The notes under the pieces: generated by a model | What the model saw: only the letters and a program-made list of their open reading frames with translations | The model's database searches: none | Told to the model about the DNA's origin: nothing | Origin: an uncultured candidatus Porisulfidus sp. | GTDB taxonomy: Bacteria; Pseudomonadota; Gammaproteobacteria; Poriferisulfidales; Poriferisulfidaceae | Assembly (NCBI GenBank): GCA_965116025.1 | Contig: OZ220480.1 | Location: 224,001-288,000, forward strand | Length of the DNA stretch: 64,000 bases | Reading direction: 5' to 3' | In this document: piece after piece, positions 41,066 through 50,523 of the stretch | How positions within the stretch are numbered: the stretch's first letter is position 1 | How the letters are laid out: every line of letters starts with the position of its first letter | Made by a program: the position numbers and the translations under genes

Positions 41066-43162
41066 ATGCCTAGCAAGAAAGACCTGATCCATCGCTACAA
41101 CTGCCGCGAGATCTCGCAGTTGCAGTTCAACCTGCGGGTTGTCATGCAGGGCGCGGACAAAAGAACTCCGGTGCTGGAGCGTCTGCGCTTCCTGTGCATC
41201 GCCAGCCGCAACTTAGACGAGTTTTTCGAGGTTCGGGTCGCCGCCTTGCGCCAGCTGGTCAAGTACGGCACTGAAACGCACAGCGGCGAGGGTCTGACCG
41301 CTCAGGAAATACTCGCGGAGATATCCAGACAGGCGCACTTGATCGTCGATATTCAGTACCGTCTGTTGCAGAAAAGCGTGCTGACCGCGCTGAGAACACG
41401 CGACATCTATTTCCTGCGCAGGCACGAGTGGAACAAGGCGCAACGGCAGTGGATTCGGCAGTATTTTCGCCGCGAGATCCTGCCCATCCTCTCTCCGCTG
41501 GGCCTTGACAGCCGACACCCGTTCCCCCGCGTGCAGAACAAGAGCCTCAACTTCATGGTCAAGCTCGCCGGCAAGGACGCGTATGGCCGTGACGCGGAAT
41601 ACGCCGTCGTCACCGCGCCGCGCTCCCTGCCCCGCATCGTGCGCCTGCCGGAGGAGATTGGTAACAAGCGCGACAGTTACGTCTTCCTGTCCTCAATTAT
41701 CCACGACAATCTCGGGGACCTGTTCCCTGGTCTCAAGATCAAGGGTTGCCACCAGTTCCGGGTCACCATGGACAGCAATCTTTTCTACGACGAGGAGGAG
41801 GTGAAGAGTCTGCGCGACGTCTTGGCCGGCATGCTGCCCGAGCGCCAGTACGGCGAGGCCGTGCGCCTGGAGGTCGTGAACGACTGCCCAAGCGACATCA
41901 TCCGATTCCTGCGCGAGCAGTACCAGTTGGACGCCGGCAGCGTGTACGCGGTCAACGGGCCCGTCAACTTGTACCGGCTAATGAATTTCCCGGAATTGAT
42001 CGACCGCCCGGACCTTCGCTATCCTCCCTACCGCTCGAAAACGCCCAAGGTCTTCCGGGATCTTTCGGCCTCAAGCCAGCTGTTCGACCTTCTGGACCAG
42101 CAGGATATCCTGCTGCACCACCCATTCGATTCGTTCAAGTGGACCATCCGGTTCCTGCGCGAGGCCGCCGCGGACCCAAAGGTGGTCTCCATCAAGCAGA
42201 CCATTTACCGAACCGGGCTGGAATCCGATTTGGCCGCGATCCTGGAATCGGCGGCCCGGTCTGGAAAGGAGGTCACGGTGATCATCGAGCTGAGCGCGCG
42301 ATTCGACGAGGAGGCCAACATCCAACTGGCCCAACGGCTGGAACAGGCTGGCGCGCAAGTACTGTATGGCGTGGTCGGCCACAAGACGCACGCCAAAATG
42401 ATGCTGGTGGTGCGTCGAGGCGAAGATGGCCTGCGGCGCTACGCGCACCTCGGCACGGGAAACTACCATTCGGTCACCACCCGCCTGTATACCGATTACG
42501 CCCTGCTGACGTCCCACCAGGAACTCTGCGAGGACGTGCACAAGATCTTCCTCCAGGTGGCCAGCCTCGGGCGGGCCCCGAAACTCGCCCTCATGTACCA
42601 GTCGCCATTGACCTTGGGACAAGGAATCATCGCGAAAATCCAGATGGCCGCCGAACGGGCCCGCGAGGGAGCGAAATCGGTCATCTACGCCAAGATGAAC
42701 GCGCTGACCGAATACGGGATCATCGACGCTCTCTACGAGGCGTCCCGGGCCGGGGTCGCCATCGATCTGCTGGTCCGTGGCGAATGTCGCCTGCGCCCCG
42801 GCGTCAAGGGCCTCTCGGAAAACATACGCGTCCGCTCCATCATCGGGCGGTTTCTGGAGCATACTCGGGCGTTTTGCTTCCGCGTCGGCGAGAAGGAGGA
42901 GATTTACCTGTCGAGCGCCGACTGGATGACCCGGAACATCCACCACCGCGTGGAAACCATGTTTCCAATCCTGGACCGAAAGATCCAGAAGCGCGTCGTG
43001 AAAGAGACGTTCGAGACGTACTTTCGGGACAACTGCCAGAGCTGGCAGCTGAAACCCGACGGAACGTACGCCAAGACCGCCATCGGCCGCGGCCGCCGGA
43101 GATTCTGCGCGCAGGAGACGCTCATGGCCATGCATGGAGAGATCGATGAGCCCCGCTTATAG
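41066..43162 (+). CDS. ppk1: Polyphosphate kinase 1
   Basis: NLDEFFEVRVA, DILLHHPFDSF, ARFDEEANI, KTHAK, GTGNY, GRFLEH, SSADWM.RN motifs. Confidence 0.97.
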   Translation: MPSKKDLIHRYNCREISQLQFNLRVVMQGADKRTPVLERLRFLCIASRNLDEFFEVRVAALRQLVKYGTETHSGEGLTAQEILAEISRQAHLIVDIQYRLLQKSVLTALRTRDIYFLRRHEWNKAQRQWIRQYFRREILPILSPLGLDSRHPFPRVQNKSLNFMVKLAGKDAYGRDAEYAVVTAPRSLPRIVRLPEEIGNKRDSYVFLSSIIHDNLGDLFPGLKIKGCHQFRVTMDSNLFYDEEEVKSLRDVLAGMLPERQYGEAVRLEVVNDCPSDIIRFLREQYQLDAGSVYAVNGPVNLYRLMNFPELIDRPDLRYPPYRSKTPKVFRDLSASSQLFDLLDQQDILLHHPFDSFKWTIRFLREAAADPKVVSIKQTIYRTGLESDLAAILESAARSGKEVTVIIELSARFDEEANIQLAQRLEQAGAQVLYGVVGHKTHAKMMLVVRRGEDGLRRYAHLGTGNYHSVTTRLYTDYALLTSHQELCEDVHKIFLQVASLGRAPKLALMYQSPLTLGQGIIAKIQMAAERAREGAKSVIYAKMNALTEYGIIDALYEASRAGVAIDLLVRGECRLRPGVKGLSENIRVRSIIGRFLEHTRAFCFRVGEKEEIYLSSADWMTRNIHHRVETMFPILDRKIQKRVVKETFETYFRDNCQSWQLKPDGTYAKTAIGRGRRRFCAQETLMAMHGEIDEPRL

Positions 43163-44078
43163 CGTCCTGGACCTAGGCTCCAACAGTTTCCACATGATCC
43201 ACGCTCGCGTGGATGGGAATGGCGGCATCGTCGTGCTCGACAAGTTCAAGCAATACGTCTCGCTCGGGGCCGGCCTCAAGAAAAACGGAGAAATACGGGA
43301 ACGCTACCGGCACGCCGCCCTCAACTGCCTGCGGGAAGCGTCCAAGGTGATCCGAAGACAACGCCCCGCCCATTTCTCCGCGGTCGCCACCAATGCCTTC
43401 CGTCGCCAAAAAGACGACGAATTCAAAAACGCTTGCGAACGCGCGCTCGGGCATCCGATCCGCGTCCTGAGCGGCGAGAAGGAAGGCGACTACATTTATC
43501 GCGGCGTGGTGCTGACGACCCCGCTGTCAGGCCGAGACCACTGCATTCTCGACATCGGCGGAAGCAGCACCGAATTCATCCTCGGCAGCGGCGACCGCGC
43601 CAGTTGCGTCATCAGCTGGCAGCTTGGCAGCGCCATCGTGACCGAGCGTTTCTTCGACACCGCCCGGCTACGCCCCGCCAACTGGCGCTCCGCGGTCGAC
43701 TACGCGGGCGAGACCATCACGCTGGCGGGCAAGGGACGCATCCACCTGCCCGGCATCCAGACGATGCATGGCGCGTCTGGAGCCATCCGCGCCATCAGCC
43801 ACACCATGATCGAACTGGGCGTCAACGATACCGGGACCATTGACGCCGAGGCGGTGGAGCGGTTGGTCGAAAGCCTCCTGAACATCCATATCGGCTCGCG
43901 CTTCCAGCATCTGGACCGCTATCGAGTCCGGGTGTTTCTGGGTGGACTCGCGATCCTGCACGCCCTGTTCGAGTTGCTGGATATCGACAGCCTGAAACCC
44001 GCCAAGGGAGCCTTGCGGGAAGGCGTGCTTCTGGAACTCCACCAGCGGGCGGCGGCTCCGGCCGCGAAAGCCGCATAA
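43146..44078 (+). CDS. ppx: Ppx/GppA exopolyphosphatase (short form)
   Basis: DLGSNSFH, VATNAFR, DIGGSSTE, ALREG; follows ppk1. Confidence 0.9.
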   Translation: MSPAYSVLDLGSNSFHMIHARVDGNGGIVVLDKFKQYVSLGAGLKKNGEIRERYRHAALNCLREASKVIRRQRPAHFSAVATNAFRRQKDDEFKNACERALGHPIRVLSGEKEGDYIYRGVVLTTPLSGRDHCILDIGGSSTEFILGSGDRASCVISWQLGSAIVTERFFDTARLRPANWRSAVDYAGETITLAGKGRIHLPGIQTMHGASGAIRAISHTMIELGVNDTGTIDAEAVERLVESLLNIHIGSRFQHLDRYRVRVFLGGLAILHALFELLDIDSLKPAKGALREGVLLELHQRAAAPAAKAA

Positions 44079-44131
44079 CTCCCCCTCCCCCTCTTATAAT
44101 CTCATCACGACACCATCCTCCTGAAATCCGC

Positions 44132-45817
44132 ATGCCTCGCCTGCCACGCCCACATTCCCGCGTGATCGTCGACGGCCTGGAACGAGCCCCCGCCCGTTCC
44201 ATGCTGCGCGCCGTCGGTTTCGACAACGACGACTTTCGTCGGCCCCAGATCGGCATCGCCTCCACCTGGAGCGAGGTCACTCCCTGCAATATGCACATCG
44301 ACCGCTTAGCGCGCCAGGCGGCGCGCGGCGCCGGTCAGGCTGGTGGAAAACCGCTCACTTTCAACACCATCACCATATCCGACGGCATCTCCATGGGCAC
44401 GGAGGGCATGAAATACTCCTTGGTCTCGCGAGAATTGATCGCCGACAGCATCGAGGCGGTGACCGCGGGAGAGGGATTCGACGCGCTCGTGGCGATCGGC
44501 GGATGCGACAAGAACATGCCAGGTTGCCTGATGGCGATCGCGCGGCTGAACCGTCCGGCCGTGTTCGTCTACGGCGGCACCATCGCCCCAGGCCGCCACC
44601 GCGGGAAAAACGTCGACATCGTCTCGGTGTTCGAGGCGGTGGGCGAGCGGGCCAAAGGCCGGATCTCCGCGCGCGAGCTGTCCACCATCGAGGCCAGCGC
44701 CATCCCCGGCGCCGGCTCGTGCGGCGGCATGTACACCGCCAACACCATGGCCTCGGCGATCGAGGCCATGGGCATGAGCCTCCCCGGCAGTTCGGCGCAA
44801 ATGGCGACCTCCCGGGCCAAGCGCGAGGACTGCCTGCGGGCCGGCGAGACGGCGGTCAACCTGCTGAAACTCGGGATCACCCCCCGAGACATCATGACGC
44901 GCCCAGCCTTCCTCAACGCCATCGCCGTGGCGACCGCTCTCGGGGGCTCCACCAATGTCGTTCTTCACCTGCTCGCCATGGCCCGATCCATAAGAGCGCG
45001 CCTCTCTCTGGACGATTTCACGCGCGTGGGACGCAAGGTGCCCGTGCTCGCGGACCTTCGGCCCTCCGGGCGGCACATGATGTCGGAACTGGTGCGAATC
45101 GGGGGAATACGTCCCCTGATGAAGCGCCTGCTGGAGGCCGGTCTCCTGAACGGGGACTGCCGCACGGTCACCGGACGCGCGCTGGGCGAGGATCTGGAAG
45201 ACGCGCCGGACTACCCGAAAACCCAGAAAATCATTCGCCCACTCTCCGACCCGATCAAGCCAGAAGGCCACTTGGTCATCCTGCGCGGAAATCTGGCCCC
45301 CGAGGGCGCCGTGGCCAAGATCACCGGCAAGGAGGGCACCGCTTTCGAGGGACGCGCGCGCGCGTTCGACTCCGAGGAAAAAGCTCTGCGCGCGATTCTG
45401 GACGGCTCCATCCGCGCCGGCGACGTGGTGGTGATCCGCTACGAGGGCCCCCGCGGCGGACCTGGGATGCGCGAGATGCTCGCCCCGACCTCCGCCATCA
45501 TGGGCCGGGGGCTCGGCGACAGCGTGGCCCTGATCACCGACGGACGATTCTCGGGGGGATCGCGCGGATTCGTGATCGGGCACATCACTCCGGAAGCGGC
45601 CGACGGAGGCCCGCTCGCCCTAGTGCGGAACGGCGATCGCATCTCGATCGATGCCACGCGCCGAGAGATCACCCTGCGAGTGTCAGATCAGGAACTGGAA
45701 CGTCGCCGCGAAACTTTGAGACCTCGACGCCCGCGCTACCGCGCCGGCGTGCTTGCGAAATACGCGCGAAACGCGCGCTCCGCCTCAGAAGGAGCGGTCA
45801 CGGACGCGTTCGACTGA
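44132..45817 (+). CDS. ilvD: Dihydroxy-acid dehydratase
   Basis: PCNMH, GGCDKNMPG, CGGMYTANTM, GGSTN, YEGPRGGPGMREM, TDGRFSG motifs. Confidence 0.97.
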   Translation: MPRLPRPHSRVIVDGLERAPARSMLRAVGFDNDDFRRPQIGIASTWSEVTPCNMHIDRLARQAARGAGQAGGKPLTFNTITISDGISMGTEGMKYSLVSRELIADSIEAVTAGEGFDALVAIGGCDKNMPGCLMAIARLNRPAVFVYGGTIAPGRHRGKNVDIVSVFEAVGERAKGRISARELSTIEASAIPGAGSCGGMYTANTMASAIEAMGMSLPGSSAQMATSRAKREDCLRAGETAVNLLKLGITPRDIMTRPAFLNAIAVATALGGSTNVVLHLLAMARSIRARLSLDDFTRVGRKVPVLADLRPSGRHMMSELVRIGGIRPLMKRLLEAGLLNGDCRTVTGRALGEDLEDAPDYPKTQKIIRPLSDPIKPEGHLVILRGNLAPEGAVAKITGKEGTAFEGRARAFDSEEKALRAILDGSIRAGDVVVIRYEGPRGGPGMREMLAPTSAIMGRGLGDSVALITDGRFSGGSRGFVIGHITPEAADGGPLALVRNGDRISIDATRREITLRVSDQELERRRETLRPRRPRYRAGVLAKYARNARSASEGAVTDAFD

Positions 45818-45839
45818 CCGAAGCGCGAGCCCGAAACCG

Positions 45840-46190
45840 TCAATAACCGCCCTTGCGGCGGCTCTCCGGCAACCCGGCGATCCGCCCACCCTGCTTGCTG
45901 GGATCCCCCGGAAACAGGTCGTAGAGAGTCTTGGCGCTGATCCTCTCGCCCCAAAGCCCGCCCAGATGCTTCACCAAATTGCGGGTGTTGGGTTGGTTCC
46001 CAGCGTTCTGGAAGAACTCTTCTCGCAGGTGGTTGATGATGTCCCAGTGACGTTCCGTCAGTTCCAGATCCTCGGACTTCGCCATGCGCTCGGCCAGCCC
46101 CTCGCTCCAGTCTTCCGCGTTGACCAAGTAACCGCCCGGCGTGGTCTCGATCACCTTTCCTTCAAACTCAAAGCTCATTCGGTCCTCCAT
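45840..46190 (-). CDS. DsrC/TusE-family protein lacking cysteines
   Basis: GYL....DWS, LTERHWDII..LR, LYDLFP..P..Q..RIAGLP; ends SRRKGGY. Confidence 0.85.
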   Translation of the reverse strand: MEDRMSFEFEGKVIETTPGGYLVNAEDWSEGLAERMAKSEDLELTERHWDIINHLREEFFQNAGNQPNTRNLVKHLGGLWGERISAKTLYDLFPGDPSKQGGRIAGLPESRRKGGY

Positions 46191-46786
46191 GAATTTCCGA
46201 AAAGATAAAAGCGAGCGAATTATAACGAGAGCCCGGGAGACTCGAATCCCGGCATTGACCGACCATAGCGAAAAACCGCCGCGCTCACGGAACGCGCGTC
46301 AACAAATCCCACTAACGACTCGCGCGCTCCGCCCCATCCTCAGCGGATCCCCCGGGAAACTCAGGCGAAAACACCGAGTTCCAGCGTCACCTCCCGCCAA
46401 CCAGCGTGAAGACGCTTCCGACAACGCTGACGATCACCCCAACGCCAAGCAGGATGCGCCAGAGCAAAGTGGAGAGTTGACCCTGCATTTCTTTGCGCAG
46501 GCCACTGATCTCGCTATGCAATTCGTTGCGAAGCTCAAGCCCCTGCTTCACGATCTCGGCCTTCAGCTCTCTCCGCGTCGCGAGCAAGTCCTCTCTCGTG
46601 GCGAGTTCCGCCTGGGAGTCTCGAATGGTCTCGACGATAGCCATGGCCTGACGCTCCTGGAAGCCTCCGTTCGTCAGTTTCTTCTCCGCTCCCATTGTGA
46701 TGGGATGGTTCGCCCCGCTTCCCTGCTTGGCCTTGAGCGGGCACAATTAGAGTATCACAACCCATAGCGAAAGCAGGACGACCCTT

Positions 46787-47833
46787 ATGAAGCAGACTCT
46801 ACATCAACTCGCCATCGCCCATCTGGGCGTGGACCTGGGCAAGCAGGCGTTTCACGCCTGCGGCATGACGCGCGCCGGCAAGATCGCGCTGGAGAGGCGC
46901 TTCACGCGGGCTCAGCTGGAACGCTTCGCGGAGGAGCTGCCGCCATGCCGGGTCGGGCTGGAGGCCTGCGGCGGCGCGCACCATTGGGCGCGGCTGTTCC
47001 GTCGTCATGGGCACGACGCGCGGCTGATGGCGCCGTCCTTCGTGAAGCCGTTCGTGAAGTCGAACAAGAACGACGCGCGCGACGCGGAGGCGATTTGCGA
47101 AGCGCGGAGCCGTCCGAGCATGCGCTTCGCGCCGGCACGGTCGGAGGCCGAGCAAGCGATCCAGCAATGCCATCGGACGCGGGAGCGGCTGGTGCGGAGC
47201 CGCACCCGGCTGGTCAACCAGTCGCGCGCGTTCCTGCAGGAGTACGGGATCGTCATGCCGAAAGGGATCGGGGTCTTTCGCGCGCGGCTGCCGGAGATCC
47301 TGGAGGACGGCGAGAACGGCCTGCTTCCGGAAGTCCGCGAGGCGCTGGCGGAAGGCTACGAGGAGGTGCGGGCGCTGGATCGGCGGGAGGGGGATTGCCG
47401 GGCGCGGATCCAGGCGCATGCCGAGGCCGATCCGGGCTGCCGGCGGCTGATGACGATCCCGGGCATAGGCGCGCTGACGGCCAGCGCCCTGGTCGCGAAG
47501 CTGGGCGACGGCGGCGAGTTCCGCAATGGGCGGGAGGCGGCCGCCTACCTCGGCCTGGTGCCGCGGCAATACTCCACCGGCGGAAAGCCGAAGCTCGGAG
47601 GGATCAGCAAGCGGGGGGACCGCGCCTTGCGCGGCCTGCTGATCTTGGGCGCGAAAGCGGTATTGCGCGTCTCGGACCAGCGCGAGGACGCGCTCGGCGC
47701 TTGGCTTCGCGGCCTGCGGGAGCGCCACCACGACAACGTGGCGGCGGTCGCGTTGGCGAACAAGAACGTCCGCGTCGCCTGGGCGCTGCTCCGGCGCGGC
47801 GGAACCTATCGGGAGGAAGCCCGCATGACATGA
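46787..47833 (+). CDS. IS1111-type DEDD transposase
   Basis: GVDLGK, LEACGGAHHWAR, KNDARDAEAI, TIPGIG, GLVPRQYSTGG, ISKRGD, VALANKN.R.AW. Confidence 0.95.
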   Translation: MKQTLHQLAIAHLGVDLGKQAFHACGMTRAGKIALERRFTRAQLERFAEELPPCRVGLEACGGAHHWARLFRRHGHDARLMAPSFVKPFVKSNKNDARDAEAICEARSRPSMRFAPARSEAEQAIQQCHRTRERLVRSRTRLVNQSRAFLQEYGIVMPKGIGVFRARLPEILEDGENGLLPEVREALAEGYEEVRALDRREGDCRARIQAHAEADPGCRRLMTIPGIGALTASALVAKLGDGGEFRNGREAAAYLGLVPRQYSTGGKPKLGGISKRGDRALRGLLILGAKAVLRVSDQREDALGAWLRGLRERHHDNVAAVALANKNVRVAWALLRRGGTYREEARMT

Positions 47834-47879
47834 GGCTTCCCTCCGTATCCCGGCGGGCTCTGCCCGCCGATCGGTTGCG

Positions 47880-48070
47880 GGGAAGAAGCGAAAAGATGGC
47901 GGAACAGGTCGGACCGACGCTCCGAGACCCTGGATTTGATACAGGCCTTCGAGGCCGTTATCGTGATAAGGACGGAGCGTGCGAAACCCATCGGGGCCCG
48001 GGAGGCGACGTCCTCCCATCAAGAGGCCGGATATATGTGCGCAGCCGATCGACCGTCGCTTCAGCTTCCG
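47880..48070 (+). ncRNA. Bridge/seek RNA region of the IS1111-type element
   Basis: Stem ACGCTCCG/CGGAGCGT encloses TTTGATACA-[GGCCT TCG AGGCC]-GTTATCGT, matching the target. A second loop has CCCATC and ATATATG, matching the predicted circle junction. Confidence 0.8.
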
Positions 48071-48651
48071 ACTTGCAGGGAGGGGGCGAACCATATATAT
48101 CAAACGCTGGCGGCCGTGGGGCCGGACGCTCGGAAGCCGATTCGGCGGGAATTCGTTGCTGATGATGTTCCATGAGAGATCTCCTGATCCAAGTCAAAGG
48201 GCGAGGACGGAGCGCGCGGATCTCGGCCTCCATCCGGCGAGTCTCCGACCATGCCCCAAAGCGCGGGAAAACGCAAGCGAAAATGGTCACTTTCTCGTGA
48301 CCATTTTCGCTTGACTTTCCGTCCCGCTTGTTGTAGGACGAATGATCATCTGTGGAATCATGGACTTACGCGCGACGCTGATCCGTGGGTTCGCGCCGGA
48401 ATCCAAAACGCCACCCTCCCGCCGTTCCCCGCCCCAGAATCTGGAGTCGCCTCGAGAATACGAATTCGAACACTGAGTGAGGATTGGAATAAGGTAAAGT
48501 CACGACCTTAGAGAATTCCCGATAACGTCTGGCAATCAAGCCGTGCTCCTGATGATCGAGAAGTGAAAGCATAGGAATTTAAAGATGTGAAAATCAAAAT
48601 AATTAAAAATTCAATTTTGATTTATCTTAAAAAGATGTGCAATATTCGGCC

Positions 48652-50334
48652 ATGATCGAGCGCGACCTGGCCCCGAGATTGGAGAAAGCGGCCTTGACGT
48701 GGCCGTCCATCACGCTCACCGGACCCCGGCAGAGCGGCAAAACGACGTTGTGCCGCGCTCTGTTCCCCGAACATCCCTACGAAACGCTGGAGAATCCTGA
48801 CGCGAGGGGCTTCGCGGAGGAAGACCCCCGCGCCTTCCTGGCCCAGTTTCCGCAAGGCGCCATCCTCGACGAGATCCAAAGATCGCCAGGCCTGCTCTCC
48901 TACCTGCAAGGCATAATCGACGAGGACCCGACTCCCGGCCGGTGGATTCTCACGGGATCGCAAAATCTCTCCCTCCTAGAGAAAGTCAGCCAATCCTTGG
49001 CTGGAAGAACGATGGTCCGCAACCTGCTCCCGCTCGCCAGAAGCGAGGTGATACGTTTCCCTCGGCATCCAGAAACGCTTGATGAGACCCTTTTCATGGG
49101 ATCCTATCCACGCATATTCGACACCGCTATCGATGCCTCGGACTGGCTCGGATCCTACATCATCAACTACATTGAACGCGACGTTCGCTCCATTAGCAAC
49201 GTAAGCGACCTCCCGACGTTCCAGCGCTTCCTCGAGCTCTGCGCCGGACGAACGGCGCAGTTGCTGAATTACTCGGCCCTAGCCGGGGACTGCGGCATCT
49301 CGCAACCGACCGCGAAAGCCTGGCTTGGCATCCTTGAAGCCAGTTTCCTCGTCTTCCGCCTGCCCGCCCTCCACGCGAACATTCGCAAACGACTGGTGAA
49401 AATGCCGAAACTGCATTTCTACGACACCGGGATCGCGTGCTGGCTGCTGGGCATTCGCGCGCCCGAGCAGCTCCGCGCGCATCCGCTTCGCGGCGCGATC
49501 TTCGAAACTTGGGTGGTCTCGGAGATCGCGAAACGGTGGGCCAACCTCGGCGAGACGCGCGGGCTGGCGTTCTACCGCGACCAGAACGGAGCGGAAGCCG
49601 ACCTCATCGTCGAACGTCCCGCCAGCACCGTGATCGTCGAGGCCAAATCCAGCGAGACGGCATCCTCCAGCCTATTCCACAGCGCCCGGCGCGTCCGAAA
49701 GCATCTCGCCTCGGCAACCCGTCGTTGCTCCACGATCGTGGTGTACGGCGGAAATCAGCTTCAGCGCCGGAGCACGGACAGCCTGATTCCCTGGCGGGAA
49801 CTGCATGAATTCGACTGGGAGACGTCGGACAGCATCGTCATAGTGCGGTCGTCCTCTGGACAACCGGTCGCCGGAGCCGACGTGCTCGCATTGTTTCCCA
49901 ACAAGATTGGGAAGAGCGCGACCACCGATGAGAACGGCGCGGCGGTATTCGATCTGCATTCGGCGGAGTCGCCAATGACCGTCTTCGTGGCGGCGAAAAG
50001 ATTCGAGGCCCATTTGGAGCGCGCCTGGATCCCTGACAGAGGAGCTCTGGATGTCGAGTTGCGCGAATCACCGGACGGCGGGGCAGTCATTTTTCCAAAC
50101 GGCGTCGGGCGAGTGCCGCCCCTGCGAGGGCGAATCGAGCCGATCCTGGACGACCTTGGCAGGTCATATCTCTACGCCTATGACATCGCCATCAATGACG
50201 GACGCCAACAGCAACCGACGCGCTTCGAGTTTGGAACGGAGCTGCTTCTCAGCGATATCGAGGGGCGGAGCGCGCTGGCGAGCGTCGTGGAAATCGTAGA
50301 CCGAGCCGCGTTGATTCAGTATCGTCGAGTCTAG
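48652..50334 (+). CDS. AAA_14/DUF4143 ATPase with an extra C-terminal beta-rich domain
   Basis: TGPRQSGKTT, ILDEIQR, ILTGSQ, SLAGR, KRLVKMPKLHFYDTG, EADL..EAKS; tail PVAGADV..TTDENG. Confidence 0.85.
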   Translation: MIERDLAPRLEKAALTWPSITLTGPRQSGKTTLCRALFPEHPYETLENPDARGFAEEDPRAFLAQFPQGAILDEIQRSPGLLSYLQGIIDEDPTPGRWILTGSQNLSLLEKVSQSLAGRTMVRNLLPLARSEVIRFPRHPETLDETLFMGSYPRIFDTAIDASDWLGSYIINYIERDVRSISNVSDLPTFQRFLELCAGRTAQLLNYSALAGDCGISQPTAKAWLGILEASFLVFRLPALHANIRKRLVKMPKLHFYDTGIACWLLGIRAPEQLRAHPLRGAIFETWVVSEIAKRWANLGETRGLAFYRDQNGAEADLIVERPASTVIVEAKSSETASSSLFHSARRVRKHLASATRRCSTIVVYGGNQLQRRSTDSLIPWRELHEFDWETSDSIVIVRSSSGQPVAGADVLALFPNKIGKSATTDENGAAVFDLHSAESPMTVFVAAKRFEAHLERAWIPDRGALDVELRESPDGGAVIFPNGVGRVPPLRGRIEPILDDLGRSYLYAYDIAINDGRQQQPTRFEFGTELLLSDIEGRSALASVVEIVDRAALIQYRRV

Positions 50335-50523
50335 ACCTTCTCTCGATATCTCCTGACGCGAATCGGCATCGTCCCTTCAAACATAAAGCGATCCTCCAGA
50401 TTCCAGACGGACAGGTCTTGAAGCCCACTCCGATAGCGGAACCATCCGGTCAAACGATTTTATATGATTTTATATATTGAAAGCTTCACTTGCAATTATT
50501 TAGGAAAGAGTTATCATGTGGAT

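Larger units (their letters stand above)
46698..48097 (+). mobile_element. IS110 family, IS1111-type insertion sequence
   Basis: Sub-terminal IRs ATGGTTCGCCCC (46705-46716) and GGGGCGAACCAT (48083-48094) lie 7 and 3 nt from the ends; no target duplication. Confidence 0.93.
46387..48173 (-). pseudogene. DUF1640-like gene interrupted by an IS1111-type element
   Basis: Removing 46698-48097 joins MEHHQQ...RPPAFD to TMGAEKKLTNGGF..., collinear with the paralogue at 30662. Confidence 0.9.

Noticed and set aside
46698-46746. ORF-track start (MCPLKAKQ..) for the 119-aa DUF1640-like ORF
   Set aside because: These codons lie inside the IS left end; the true 5' part of the gene is at 48098-48173.
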